64,000 nucleotides of DNA from a virus. The notes beneath the pieces are model-generated. The model did no database searches. It was not told the origin of the DNA and was given only the letters and a program-made list of their open reading frames with translations. The position numbers and the translations under genes are program-made. The DNA lies in IMG/VR virus record IMGVR_UViG_3300027741_000030, positions 1-64,000 of that record. One strand, 5' to 3'. The number at the start of each line of letters is the position of its first letter. The first letter of the stretch is position 1. Of the stretch, positions 44,769 to 55,152 are shown one piece after another.

Positions 44769-47700
44769 ATGCCATTTAAAATTTTTGACGGCTCCTCTTG
44801 GAATCAATTCAAAAATATAAAAATTAACGACGGTACCTCTTGGCAACCGTATAAAAAAGCATTTGTTCATAATGGTACAGAGTGGAAAGAAATAGTTGTA
44901 CCAATACCAGTAAATACAGCATTACCAGAGCTTTCATGGTCAACAGGCATACCTAACATTGTTAATCAAAATGTATCTATTTCAAATGGTACATGGACAA
45001 ACTCTCCAACATCATATAAATATCAATGGCAAAGTGGTTATTATGCAGTTTCTGGGTCATTAATATGGGAAGATATAGCAGGTGCAACATCTAATTCATA
45101 TTCAATTACTTCAGATCAAATATGCATGTTTATGGTTGGAAGATTGATAAGATGTTCTGTTATAGCTGTAAATGATTCTGGAGAAAGTCTTAAATCTTAT
45201 GGCTCAATGTATCAAACAATTATTGCTCCAGAAACAATGACATCTCTTTCTGCAATTGTTGAATCAAACGGTGTTGTAAAGCTTTCATGGAATAAATCAA
45301 AAGGTGCAAATGGATATTATCTTCAGTATCAAGGTCCAGAAGTTGCATTTACACAAATGGATTTGGGAGATGTAACATCCTACACAATAAATACTGGACT
45401 AGCCTCTGGAACACTTGGAATATTTCTTGCTGCAATAAATACAACTAGCCCATGGAAAACTTATTCAAATTCAAATGTTCAAGGTCAGGGAATGAATGCT
45501 GTTATATATGACCTTAAACCACTTAAGCCAAGAGTTACAGCAACATCTGTTGTTCAAACTACAAATGCTATAACAATAAATTGGACAAATGAACGTTTAA
45601 ATCAAACTTCTTATGAAATTAGAACAATTGCAATAGATGGATCTCCAGTAAATAATGGTCAATATAATTATTTCTTTGAAATGTATGATGGATCTTATAC
45701 AAGTTTTACAACAGATGATATTCCAGGCGGACGTTCTTATACTTATAAAATTATAGTAAACGGAACAGCTCCAGGATTTAACGAAACTTCTTGGGAATCA
45801 AATCCAACTACAACTACACTTCCAATGCCACCTCTTCCATCAATTATTACTGCACCAGTAATAACTAGTAATGGAAGATATTTTGGTTTATCAACAGGCG
45901 CACAATGGACAAATAATCCAGATTCAACTTTATATAGTTGGTTTGCAAATGGACAAGCATTAGGTCAATATGGAGGATCTATAACCTTAGACAGCTCATA
46001 TGATGGACAATCTGTCTATGTTGTTTCTTATGCAACAAATGCAGCAGGAACTTCACAATCACAAAGTAATTCATTAACTTGTTCATCCCCATCTCGTCCA
46101 ACCAATCTGTCTAGCCCAATAATAATTCAATTTAATGGAACTATGACAATTTCAAGTAACGGTACTTGGAATGGTAATCCAACTTCTTATAGATATCAGT
46201 GGTATAGATCACATATAGACACTGGAAGAACTAGTACAGTTGGATCTAATAGCTCCACGTATTCTTATGGATCAAGCACAAATTACGAATATTATGTTCT
46301 AGTTTGGGCAACAAATCAATATGGAGAAAGTTTATATGCTGCAATTTCAAATTCTTTAGTACCTACATCAGGCAATGTAACATACGGAGCATGCGAATCT
46401 TATTCAAATGGAACTGACTACGGCTACGATTGTTCTGGAACTACAAAGATGACCTGGACAAGAACAATACTTGATTATAGAGAGCCTCAACTTTTAAATG
46501 GCCTTGCAAATGGAACATATAGATATGGCTGCTCGGCAAGAACATATGGACAAAAACAATATGGACCAACCTATGCTTGGACATTTAATTCTGCAGATTG
46601 TGGATATCAAGAAACAATTTGTACTACTTGTAATTGGTATATTCCATCAACAGGATACTATAGCAGAAATGATTCAAGTTGTGCGTCTGGAAGAAGATAC
46701 TATAGAACTTGTATAACACCAAGTACTTGCGATAATATTGACGTAGTCGGGGATTGTGTTCCGCAATCAACCGATTGCAATACAGTTGTAAGATATATTC
46801 CAGAAAGTGGATGGGAAACTTCTCCATCTACTTCAGCAACAGGATTTCCAGCCTGTTCTTCAGGATTTAGATATTACAAGGTTGCGGTTAAAAATGAGGG
46901 TTGTTTAAATGAGTTAATTTGGGGAGATTGTACAGCATCAACATGGTATTGTACATTAAACGCAACAGACGATCAAAACTATTGGACTTCAGCAACAGAT
47001 GTTTCTGTAGAAGTATGCGGATCTTATAAGATTGTTTGTTCGACATCTGGATATCCACCTATGCCATCAATTCCAGCCTGTACACCTACACCAACTCCGA
47101 CACCTACACCAACTCCTACCCCAACCCCTACACCTACACCTTTGGATTGCTCTCCCGCAAATGGAAACTGTGGCTCGTCACCGTGTTCTGACTGCAACCC
47201 TGCTCTAAGCGGCCCAAGAGTGGACTCATCGTGCCCTTCAGGTTACAGAAATGTGTGTTGGACTGGCGGTAGTTGTCAAAACACAGGTGATTGTGTACCT
47301 GTTACTCCAACACCAACTCCTACACCAACTCCTACACCAACTCCTACACCAACTCCTACACCAACTCCGACACCTACACCAACTCCGACACCTGCAAGCC
47401 CATGTTGCCAACCTGACGACGGTGGATATTGCACAAATATTGATGGAAATGGATATGGAGATTATTATAATTACCAGTACGATCCTTGCACTGCATCCGC
47501 ATGCCCACCACAATATGTAGGAAGAACTTTCTGTGGAGTTCCAACACCACCATCATTCTTTGCCCCTCCAACATTCTTTAACCCTCCAGACTTCGGAAAC
47601 AACTGTCAAACATGTGTAAGCTATGGAGGTCCTTGCGGAACTTATGGAAACGGAACTTGGTGTATAACACCTGGAGCTTGTCCAAATATTTGTCAAGGAG

Positions 47701-47843
47701 ACTATTATAGCCCTCCAACATTCTTTAACCCTCCAGACTTCTTTAGCCCCCCAGACTTCTGGTACTGGGAACCTCCATTCTTCGGCTGGACACCTCCAGA
47801 CTTCTTTAGCCCTCCAAACTTCTATTCAGAACCGTTTGACTGA
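44769..47843 (+). CDS. large Ig/FN3-like adhesin with Cys-rich domains, PT repeats and PPxFF C-terminal repeats
   Basis: GTWTNSPTSYKYQW Ig-like repeats; Cys-rich second half; (PT)n; PPxFF. Confidence 0.75.
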   Translation: MPFKIFDGSSWNQFKNIKINDGTSWQPYKKAFVHNGTEWKEIVVPIPVNTALPELSWSTGIPNIVNQNVSISNGTWTNSPTSYKYQWQSGYYAVSGSLIWEDIAGATSNSYSITSDQICMFMVGRLIRCSVIAVNDSGESLKSYGSMYQTIIAPETMTSLSAIVESNGVVKLSWNKSKGANGYYLQYQGPEVAFTQMDLGDVTSYTINTGLASGTLGIFLAAINTTSPWKTYSNSNVQGQGMNAVIYDLKPLKPRVTATSVVQTTNAITINWTNERLNQTSYEIRTIAIDGSPVNNGQYNYFFEMYDGSYTSFTTDDIPGGRSYTYKIIVNGTAPGFNETSWESNPTTTTLPMPPLPSIITAPVITSNGRYFGLSTGAQWTNNPDSTLYSWFANGQALGQYGGSITLDSSYDGQSVYVVSYATNAAGTSQSQSNSLTCSSPSRPTNLSSPIIIQFNGTMTISSNGTWNGNPTSYRYQWYRSHIDTGRTSTVGSNSSTYSYGSSTNYEYYVLVWATNQYGESLYAAISNSLVPTSGNVTYGACESYSNGTDYGYDCSGTTKMTWTRTILDYREPQLLNGLANGTYRYGCSARTYGQKQYGPTYAWTFNSADCGYQETICTTCNWYIPSTGYYSRNDSSCASGRRYYRTCITPSTCDNIDVVGDCVPQSTDCNTVVRYIPESGWETSPSTSATGFPACSSGFRYYKVAVKNEGCLNELIWGDCTASTWYCTLNATDDQNYWTSATDVSVEVCGSYKIVCSTSGYPPMPSIPACTPTPTPTPTPTPTPTPTPTPLDCSPANGNCGSSPCSDCNPALSGPRVDSSCPSGYRNVCWTGGSCQNTGDCVPVTPTPTPTPTPTPTPTPTPTPTPTPTPTPTPASPCCQPDDGGYCTNIDGNGYGDYYNYQYDPCTASACPPQYVGRTFCGVPTPPSFFAPPTFFNPPDFGNNCQTCVSYGGPCGTYGNGTWCITPGACPNICQGDYYSPPTFFNPPDFFSPPDFWYWEPPFFGWTPPDFFSPPNFYSEPFD
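47082..47395 (+). repeat. two Pro-Thr repeat tracts
   Basis: CCAACT/CCTACA tandem codons at about 47082-47140 and 47304-47395. Confidence 0.85.
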
Positions 47844-47949
47844 TGATGCTGATATCAGAATGCTTTACATCAAGCGGTGTCCCATGCTCCAAAGCAGGAT
47901 CATGGTGTTAGTATTGTAAAAATGGTGTCAATATGGTAGAATTAACATT

Positions 47950-48189
47950 ATGAAAATAAATATTTATAAAGATGAAAAAATATTCATATCTGTTTCTGCA
48001 CCAAATGATATGATTGATTTTTTTAAAAATAAAAATAGTATAACTTATACTATAGAGCCAAACATAGAAACAGAGGGAAGACATTTTTTAAAATATGTTT
48101 TTGAAGAAAATATTTTTAATGCTGGAATAAATGACGCAATGGCAGAGGCCATATTAAACGAATATAGATTTGAGTTGATTAATGAATGA
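47950..48189 (+). CDS. hypothetical protein
   Basis: TGGTAGAAT promoter immediately upstream. Confidence 0.6.
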   Translation: MKINIYKDEKIFISVSAPNDMIDFFKNKNSITYTIEPNIETEGRHFLKYVFEENIFNAGINDAMAEAILNEYRFELINE

Positions 48190-48421
48190 AGAACTTACCC
48201 CCTGGGAAAAATATAAGCAAAATTTAGGTGAAACAAGACCTTGGGATATTGTAAATCCTGCAACAGAGTGGGTAGACGAAGATAAAGCAAAAGAAAGATT
48301 TGCTATTTGTAAAGCTTGTCCAGAACTTATAAAACTAACTACTCAATGCAAGAAGTGTGGCTGTATTATGAAGATAAAAACAAAACTTGAAAAAGCTTCC
48401 TGCCCAATTGGTAAATGGTAA
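48182..48421 (+). CDS. Cys-rich protein (DUF6171-like)
   Basis: R..ICKACP...QCKKCGC.M..K...CPIGKW. Confidence 0.7.
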   Translation: MNEELTPWEKYKQNLGETRPWDIVNPATEWVDEDKAKERFAICKACPELIKLTTQCKKCGCIMKIKTKLEKASCPIGKW

Positions 48422-48957
48422 TGATTATTAAAGAATCTGAAATAATAAAAACAATATTTCCACCACAAGAACTAAAAGAGCTACAAAAGTATGCCATGAA
48501 AATGTGGTCAACGCAACCAAATTACGATAAATCATTTGGAAGACACCAATGGGCAGACACTGAAGAATTAAAGAAATTTCACGAGCTACTAACAGAGTTT
48601 GCAAGAGAGCATTTTGAGTCAGAAACACTCAAACCTTCTTGGTGCCTAATGTCAGTTTACGAGGGCAAAGATGCAAAATTATGGAAACATAAAGATGATA
48701 ACGCTTGCGTTTATCATATAAATCTTTGTGTATTCCAGAAGACTCCCTGGGAATTTTGGGTAGAGGGAAAGCCGTATTTATTAGAAGAAAATGATGCATT
48801 AATGACATATGGAAATGACCTAGAGCACTGGAGAGAAGATTTTCCAGATCCTGATAATAATTTAGTTTGTAATGCTTTCTTTTTCTTTTGTGAGCCAGAT
48901 CATTGGTACTTTACAGAAGGACCAGAATATCTTTACACTAATATTCGTGCAAAATAA
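48415..48957 (+). CDS. 2OG-Fe(II) oxygenase-like protein
   Basis: L.KHKD..AC, HWRE. Confidence 0.7.
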   Translation: MVMIIKESEIIKTIFPPQELKELQKYAMKMWSTQPNYDKSFGRHQWADTEELKKFHELLTEFAREHFESETLKPSWCLMSVYEGKDAKLWKHKDDNACVYHINLCVFQKTPWEFWVEGKPYLLEENDALMTYGNDLEHWREDFPDPDNNLVCNAFFFFCEPDHWYFTEGPEYLYTNIRAK

Positions 48958-49016
48958 GTCGGATTATAAAAAATATTAATGTATAATTAATTTATGCAGT
49001 ACCGCCAGGAGGAACA

Positions 49017-49577
49017 ATGGCTACGAATTTTCCAAACGAAAAAGATGTTTTAGCTAATCCAAATCCAACAGATTCTTTATCTGCCCCTTCACATTCACAG
49101 CAACATGCAAACACTAATGATGCTTTAGAGGCAATCCAGGATGCGATTGGTGTAACAAATTCATCAGACTCAAATTCTTTAACATACAAAGTTAATACAC
49201 TATCAACAACAGTTCAAACACTTGCAAACCAGTCCACTGGAATTGAAACACTTCTTGGTATTGAGGGAAACAACGATATAACAATCAATGGTATACAGAA
49301 TAAAACAACCATAGACTCATACTCTGCATCAAGCTACAGAACAGCAAGCTATGCTGTGCAAATAAGCAAGCCTTCAACTGGTGAGCACTATTTTTCAAAT
49401 ATTACAGCTATGCAAGGCACATCAGACATATATGTTTCTGAATCAAACATAGTAACAAACGCAGATTCTCCAATTGCAATCACTGCATTTGAATTATCTG
49501 CTGGTATAATTAATCTAACAGTTACTCCAATATCAGGCGAAGTAAAAGTTAGATATTTTAGAACCGCATTAAAGTAA
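49017..49577 (+). CDS. virion structural protein
   Basis: MATNFP..D; H..QH...NDA..AIQ..IG; YRTASY module. Confidence 0.65.
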   Translation: MATNFPNEKDVLANPNPTDSLSAPSHSQQHANTNDALEAIQDAIGVTNSSDSNSLTYKVNTLSTTVQTLANQSTGIETLLGIEGNNDITINGIQNKTTIDSYSASSYRTASYAVQISKPSTGEHYFSNITAMQGTSDIYVSESNIVTNADSPIAITAFELSAGIINLTVTPISGEVKVRYFRTALK

Positions 49578-49605
49578 AAAAAGCAGTACAAGGGAGTCAT
49601 AAATT

Positions 49606-50763
49606 ATGGCAATAGTAAACAAAAACTTTAGAGTAAAAAATGGCCTTATCGTCGACGGTTCAGTCGCAACGGTAAATGGCTATAACGTATTAACAGAAGC
49701 TTCAACTGCTTTTATTATCAATACAGTTGGCGGATCAGCTGATAGCGCAAATACCCCTAATACTGTTGTAAAGCGTGACGGTTCAGGTAATTTTGCAGCT
49801 GGAACAATATCAGCTACATTTTCTGGTAACTTAACAGGTAATGTAACAGGTACAGTATCAAGCCTTTCAAATCATAATACAGGAGCGCTTGCAGAAGGAT
49901 CAAACTTATACTTTACAAATGCTCGTGCATTATCTGCAACAGCAGGCGCATACGATGCAGCAGGTGCAGCATCTAGCGCACAAGCAAATGCAGCAACAGA
50001 TGCCACTACAAAGGCTAACGCAGCACAGGCTGCAGCAGCAATAGATGCAACTACAAAGGCTAACGCAGCAAAGGCTGCAGCAGAAGCCACAGCAGCAGCA
50101 GCTCTTACAGCAGCAATTGCAACAGAAGTTACAAATCGTAACTCAGCAATTTCAACAGCAGTTTCAGCAGTTGTAGATGGTGCTCCAGCACTTCTTGATA
50201 CTTTAAATGAATTAGCAGCAGCAATTAATGATGATGCTAACTACACAACAACTATTACAACAGCTTTAGCAACTAAAGCTAATTCTACACAAGTTGCAAC
50301 AGATATTGCAGCAGCAGTATCTACAGCAGCAACAGACGCTAGCACAAAGGCTAACGCAGCCCAGGCTGCAGCAGAAGCCACAGCAGCAGCAGCTCTTGTA
50401 AATGCAAAAAATGGTACAGCGTCATTTACTACAGTAAATGTAAATGATGTAGCGGCAGTAAAGGCATCTACATCAAATGTAGCATCTGCATCAACTGTAA
50501 ACGCTTTAACATGGGCAGCAGCAGATTACAGAACAGCTAAGGCAATTGTTAAGTTAAAAAATGGAGTTAATACTCAGGTTTCTGAGGTATTACTAACATT
50601 AGATACAAACAACAATGTTGCAATAACAGAATTTGGAACAATTTCAACAGATCTAGAGCTTGGAACAGTAACAGCTGCCTACGCATCTGGCAATGTTTCT
50701 ATAGCGGTAACCACAACATATGCCTCAACAGATGTTATGGTATACGCAACACTAATTAAATAA
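49606..50763 (+). CDS. Ala-rich tail fibre-like protein
   Basis: NFRVKNGL; APALLDTLNELAAAI; DATTKANAA repeats. Confidence 0.75.
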   Translation: MAIVNKNFRVKNGLIVDGSVATVNGYNVLTEASTAFIINTVGGSADSANTPNTVVKRDGSGNFAAGTISATFSGNLTGNVTGTVSSLSNHNTGALAEGSNLYFTNARALSATAGAYDAAGAASSAQANAATDATTKANAAQAAAAIDATTKANAAKAAAEATAAAALTAAIATEVTNRNSAISTAVSAVVDGAPALLDTLNELAAAINDDANYTTTITTALATKANSTQVATDIAAAVSTAATDASTKANAAQAAAEATAAAALVNAKNGTASFTTVNVNDVAAVKASTSNVASASTVNALTWAAADYRTAKAIVKLKNGVNTQVSEVLLTLDTNNNVAITEFGTISTDLELGTVTAAYASGNVSIAVTTTYASTDVMVYATLIK

Positions 50764-50827
50764 TTAAATAAAGGGTATGGGGTCCCACCAAAACCTCAAC
50801 AAAACAATTAGGGGATAGTGAACTTAA

Positions 50828-51199
50828 ATGGCAACAGTAGATAAAAACTTTAAGGTTAAGAATGGTCTTAACGTAACAGGAGCTGCAACTTTTAATGCGG
50901 CTGTAAATGTAGACAACCTTGTATTAAATTCAACCCCTATAGCTTATAATTCCTCAACTGGTAGATTGCAGATCCAGATTGGTGGGGTCTGGAAAGATAT
51001 CGCTTTCTTGTCAGACGCAGCAGAAGACACAAATGCAGTAACATTTATGGATATTGGACTTGCTATCGATTACGATGGCCAGCCAATATATACAGTTTAT
51101 GCAAATGGAGTAAATACAACAGGAACAAAATTCGCTAATGGCGGAGATTATTCAACAGAAACATATAGCATGACATTCGATTCTGGAACAATTAATTAA
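50828..51199 (+). CDS. virion structural protein
   Basis: KNFKVKNGL N-terminus shared with upstream gene. Confidence 0.65.
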   Translation: MATVDKNFKVKNGLNVTGAATFNAAVNVDNLVLNSTPIAYNSSTGRLQIQIGGVWKDIAFLSDAAEDTNAVTFMDIGLAIDYDGQPIYTVYANGVNTTGTKFANGGDYSTETYSMTFDSGTIN

Positions 51200-51251
51200 T
51201 TGTTTTGGAATTATTGTGATGTTATAATTAGCAAATAAGTCTAAATAAGGG

Positions 51252-54200
51252 GTGGCAAATATGTCAACAGTAAGAATTCAAGTAAGAAGAGGAACAGCAG
51301 CACAGTGGACCTCAGTAAATCCAATTTTGGCAGCAGGAGAAATGGGTGTCGAGTCAGACACAAACCTATTTAAATTCGGTAACGGATCATCTACCTGGAC
51401 CGCCCTTGCATATGCAAACAATTCAGATGTAGCGATTGGTGAAATTTCCCAAGACGCAATTAACACTGCACTTACAATGGGTGCAGGACTTTCAAAAACT
51501 TACAATGATGGTGCTAACACAATAACAATTAACGTTGATTCAAACGTAGTAGCACTTAAGTCATATGTAAACGCTCAAGTTTCAGCACTTGCAAATACAC
51601 TTGATACAGACTACATTCCACTAGCAGATCGTGGAGCAAATGGCGGAGTTGCATCATTAGACAGCACTGGAAAAATTCCAGCAGCTCAATTAAATATTAC
51701 AGAAACAATTCAAGACGTAGTTGGCTCAACGTTAGTTTCTGGAAGAGGATCAACTTTTTATTATAGCGATCAAGATAATACAATAACTCTTACAGCAGGT
51801 TTAAGAGGACAAGGTTCAGTTTCCGTAACTAATGCAACAGATAATAATGATTTAATTGTTAAATTAAATCCAGTTGTTGCTGCTGATACAAAATTTACAG
51901 GACCTCTTGTTGAAGTTGGAACAGTAACAGCAACAGATGTTAATGCAACAAATGTTTCAATATCTGGAAACTTAACAGTAAATGGAACAACTACAACTGT
52001 AAATTCAACAAATGTTACAATTGATGACCCAATGATCTACATTGGCGATAACAATCAATCAAATAGCCTAGATCTTGGTGTTGTAGCAGCATTTAATAAT
52101 GGAACATATCAGCACTCAGGTCTTGTTCGTGATGCATCAGATGGAAAATGGAAACTTTTTTCAGGTGTAATAGCAGAACCAACAACAACAGTAGATTTTA
52201 CAACGTATACAAAAGATTCTCTTGAAATTGGAGGATTGCATGCAGACTCAGCAAGAATTGGAAATGTTACTAATGATGAAATTCAACATCTAGACGGAGT
52301 TAGCTCAGCAATTCAAACTCAAATTGATTCAAAGCTTTCTACAACTAGAGCAGAGGCAATATATGCGCCAAAAGAATCACCTTATTTTTCTGGAACAGTA
52401 ACTTTGCCAGAAGGAACAGTTACATCAGCAATGATTGCAAATGGCACAATTGTTAATGCAGATATAAATACTTATGCAGAAATTGATCAATCAAAAATTG
52501 CTAATCTTGTTACAAATCTTGCAGCAAAAGCTCCATCAGCATCTCCTACATTTACAGGCACAGTAGTTCTTCCTGCAAATACATCAATTGGAAATGTTTC
52601 ATCAACAGAAATTGGTTATCTTGATGGAGTAACATCAGGAATTCAACAGCAACTTGCTCCAGTTCAAGGTTTAGTCAATTCAGTAAATACACTTGTAACT
52701 GATTTAAATTCAGCTGAAAATACAATATCTTCACTTGAATCATCTGTTACTTCAATTAATACAACAACAAATAGCCTTCAAACACAAATTAATACAAAAG
52801 CATCAACTGCATCACTTACAGCACATGAGGCAGACACAACAAATATTCATGGCATTGCAGATACAACTGCACTTGCTACAAAAACTTATGCAGATTCAGC
52901 AGTTTCAACTGCAGTTTCTGCACTAACAAAATCATCAGTTGGCCTTGCAAATGTTGATAACACATCAGATGCAAATAAGCCAGTATCTTCAGCAACATCA
53001 ACAGCACTTGCGCTCAAAGCGTCACTTGCCTCACCAACATTTACTGGAACTGTTTCTGGTATTACAAAGTCTATGGTTGGGCTTTCAAATGTAGATAATA
53101 CTGCAGATTCAGCAAAACCTGTTTCAACAGCACAGCAAACAGCACTTGATGCCAAATTAGCGCTTGCTGGAGGAACAATGACAGGAGCACTTACACTTTC
53201 AGGTGCACCTACATCAGATCTTCATGCAGCAACTAAGTCTTACGTAGATGGAATTGCTTCTGGAATTAACTTTCATAAATCAGTTAAAATTGCAACAACA
53301 ACTAACTGGTCAGCAGTATATGCAAATGGAACAAATGGTTATGGAGCAACATTAACAGCATCCGTAAATCAATCAATTAACCCAGCAGATGGAGTAACTC
53401 TTGCTGTTGGTGATAGAATTCTTGTAAAATCACAAACAGATGCAAAGCAAAATGGTATCTATGATATAACTTCTGTGGGAGGTTCTTCTTCCAAGTGGGT
53501 TCTTACTCGTTCAGCAGATTCTGATAACAATCCAAATGGGGAAGTTGCAGGTGGAGATTTTACTTTCGTAACAGAAGGTTCTACAAATGCAAGTATTGGA
53601 TTTATCTTGTCTTCACCATCAGGTGCAGCAACTCTTGGAACAGATAATATTGTTTATACACAGTTTAACGCAGCACAAGCAGTAACTGTAGGTGCTGGTA
53701 TTACTAAGTCTGGTTCAACACTTTCAATTGGAACTGGTGCCATTACATCAGATATGATTGTAGATGGAACAATTGTTGATGCAGATATAAATGCTTCAGC
53801 AGCAATCGCACAATCTAAAATCTCAGGACTTTCAACAAGCCTAGGCTTAAAAGCTAACTTAGCAGATCCTACATTTACTGGAACAGTAACAGTTGATGCA
53901 GCAGGAGTAGCATTTACAGATGGAACTCAGACAAAAGAAGGCGTTCCATCACGGACAACAATTATTTCAAAAACAACAGACTACACTCTTTCAAATCTTT
54001 CAGAACGTGATTCATTAATTGAAATAAATGCAGCAGGAGCTACAACATTAACAGTTCCAGCAGATTCATCAACAAACTATCCAGTAGGAACATCTTTGGA
54101 TATTCTGAGAGTAGGAGCTGGAGCATTAACAGTGTCACCTGCAGCTGGCGTAACATTAAATTACACACCAGGAAACAAGCTTCGTGCACAATGGTCATCT

Positions 54201-54260
54201 GCAACTCTTGTAAAGAGAGCAGCAAATACATGGGTACTTCTTGGAGACCTAACAGCTTAA
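51252..54260 (+). CDS. long tail fibre with Mtd-type N-terminal domain
   Basis: RIQVRRGT..W..VNPILAAGE; SPTFTGTV and VGL.NVDNT repeats; W.L.GDL end. Confidence 0.8.
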   Translation: MANMSTVRIQVRRGTAAQWTSVNPILAAGEMGVESDTNLFKFGNGSSTWTALAYANNSDVAIGEISQDAINTALTMGAGLSKTYNDGANTITINVDSNVVALKSYVNAQVSALANTLDTDYIPLADRGANGGVASLDSTGKIPAAQLNITETIQDVVGSTLVSGRGSTFYYSDQDNTITLTAGLRGQGSVSVTNATDNNDLIVKLNPVVAADTKFTGPLVEVGTVTATDVNATNVSISGNLTVNGTTTTVNSTNVTIDDPMIYIGDNNQSNSLDLGVVAAFNNGTYQHSGLVRDASDGKWKLFSGVIAEPTTTVDFTTYTKDSLEIGGLHADSARIGNVTNDEIQHLDGVSSAIQTQIDSKLSTTRAEAIYAPKESPYFSGTVTLPEGTVTSAMIANGTIVNADINTYAEIDQSKIANLVTNLAAKAPSASPTFTGTVVLPANTSIGNVSSTEIGYLDGVTSGIQQQLAPVQGLVNSVNTLVTDLNSAENTISSLESSVTSINTTTNSLQTQINTKASTASLTAHEADTTNIHGIADTTALATKTYADSAVSTAVSALTKSSVGLANVDNTSDANKPVSSATSTALALKASLASPTFTGTVSGITKSMVGLSNVDNTADSAKPVSTAQQTALDAKLALAGGTMTGALTLSGAPTSDLHAATKSYVDGIASGINFHKSVKIATTTNWSAVYANGTNGYGATLTASVNQSINPADGVTLAVGDRILVKSQTDAKQNGIYDITSVGGSSSKWVLTRSADSDNNPNGEVAGGDFTFVTEGSTNASIGFILSSPSGAATLGTDNIVYTQFNAAQAVTVGAGITKSGSTLSIGTGAITSDMIVDGTIVDADINASAAIAQSKISGLSTSLGLKANLADPTFTGTVTVDAAGVAFTDGTQTKEGVPSRTTIISKTTDYTLSNLSERDSLIEINAAGATTLTVPADSSTNYPVGTSLDILRVGAGALTVSPAAGVTLNYTPGNKLRAQWSSATLVKRAANTWVLLGDLTA

Positions 54261-54286
54261 TAAAATAAAAGAAATAGGGGAAAAAA

Positions 54287-55084
54287 ATGGCTAATAAGAA
54301 ATTTGGTATTAAATCATCAGGACAGGATAACTTCCTAGCTCCATTTGCACCAACAATAGGAACTGCGACAGATGTTGGTACTAACCGTCCATTTGGTAGC
54401 GGTGCAGTTACAGTAACATTTACACCTGATCCTACATACCCTGCAACATCTTTTACAGCATCTGGTTACTGCAGTGTTCATAACATGACTCACTCAGCAA
54501 CAGGATCATCTTCACCAATAACCATTACTGGTTTTGGTTCAGACATGACAACAACAATTACTGTAACAGCTACAAATCAATATGGAACATCCCCTGCTTC
54601 AAATGCATCTAATACAGTAACAGTTACAACTGTTCCAGCAACTCCTTCGGCCCCATCTGCAACAGCGCAGGTAAACCAAGACTCAGTATCTTGGTCAACA
54701 CCTGCAAATGGAGGAAAAGCAATAACAGGTTATACATTAAGGTCAAGCGATGGCCCAACATATTCAACAGGATCAACTTCTTATACTGTTTCTGAAACTG
54801 CCAATACATCGCAAACATATTATGTAAAAGCTACAAATGCAAACGGAACTTCTCAAGAATCAGCCGCCTCAAATTCGGTTACAACTCTTGCACCGTTCTT
54901 TCCACCTTCATTCTTTGCACCACCAGGATTCTTTGCGCCACCTTCATTCTTCGCACCTCCAGGGTTCTTTGCGCCACCTTCATTCTTCGCACCTCCAGGG
55001 TTCTTCGCACCTCCAGGGTTCTTCGCACCTCCAGGGTTCTTCGCACCTCCAGGGTTCTTCGCACCTCCAGGGTTCTGGGATTAA
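54287..55084 (+). CDS. two-FN3-domain protein with (FFAPPG/S)9 C-terminal tail
   Basis: VTATN.YGTS..S..SN and W..PANGG..ITGY FN3 signatures. Confidence 0.8.
   Translation: MANKKFGIKSSGQDNFLAPFAPTIGTATDVGTNRPFGSGAVTVTFTPDPTYPATSFTASGYCSVHNMTHSATGSSSPITITGFGSDMTTTITVTATNQYGTSPASNASNTVTVTTVPATPSAPSATAQVNQDSVSWSTPANGGKAITGYTLRSSDGPTYSTGSTSYTVSETANTSQTYYVKATNANGTSQESAASNSVTTLAPFFPPSFFAPPGFFAPPSFFAPPGFFAPPSFFAPPGFFAPPGFFAPPGFFAPPGFFAPPGFWD
54911..55072 (+). repeat. 18-bp tandem repeat x9 encoding FFAPP(G/S)
   Basis: TTCTTCGCACCTCCAGGG-type units. Confidence 0.95.
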
Positions 55085-55152
55085 TTAAATAAATTTTAGC
55101 TCTTGACAAAATAGTTTATAATTGATAAACTATAAATAAAGAAAGAGATGTT

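Noticed and set aside
42762-54260. Diversity-generating retroelement (Mtd-like N-termini, duplicated segments)
   Set aside because: No reverse transcriptase in the window. Differences between duplicated blocks are mostly synonymous and not adenine-specific. The Mtd similarity is to the N-terminal anchor, not the variable lectin domain.
54911-55072. 18-bp repeats (and the 15-bp repeats at 1-97) as CRISPR or non-coding repeats
   Set aside because: No spacers; unit lengths are multiples of 3 and lie in frame within coding sequence
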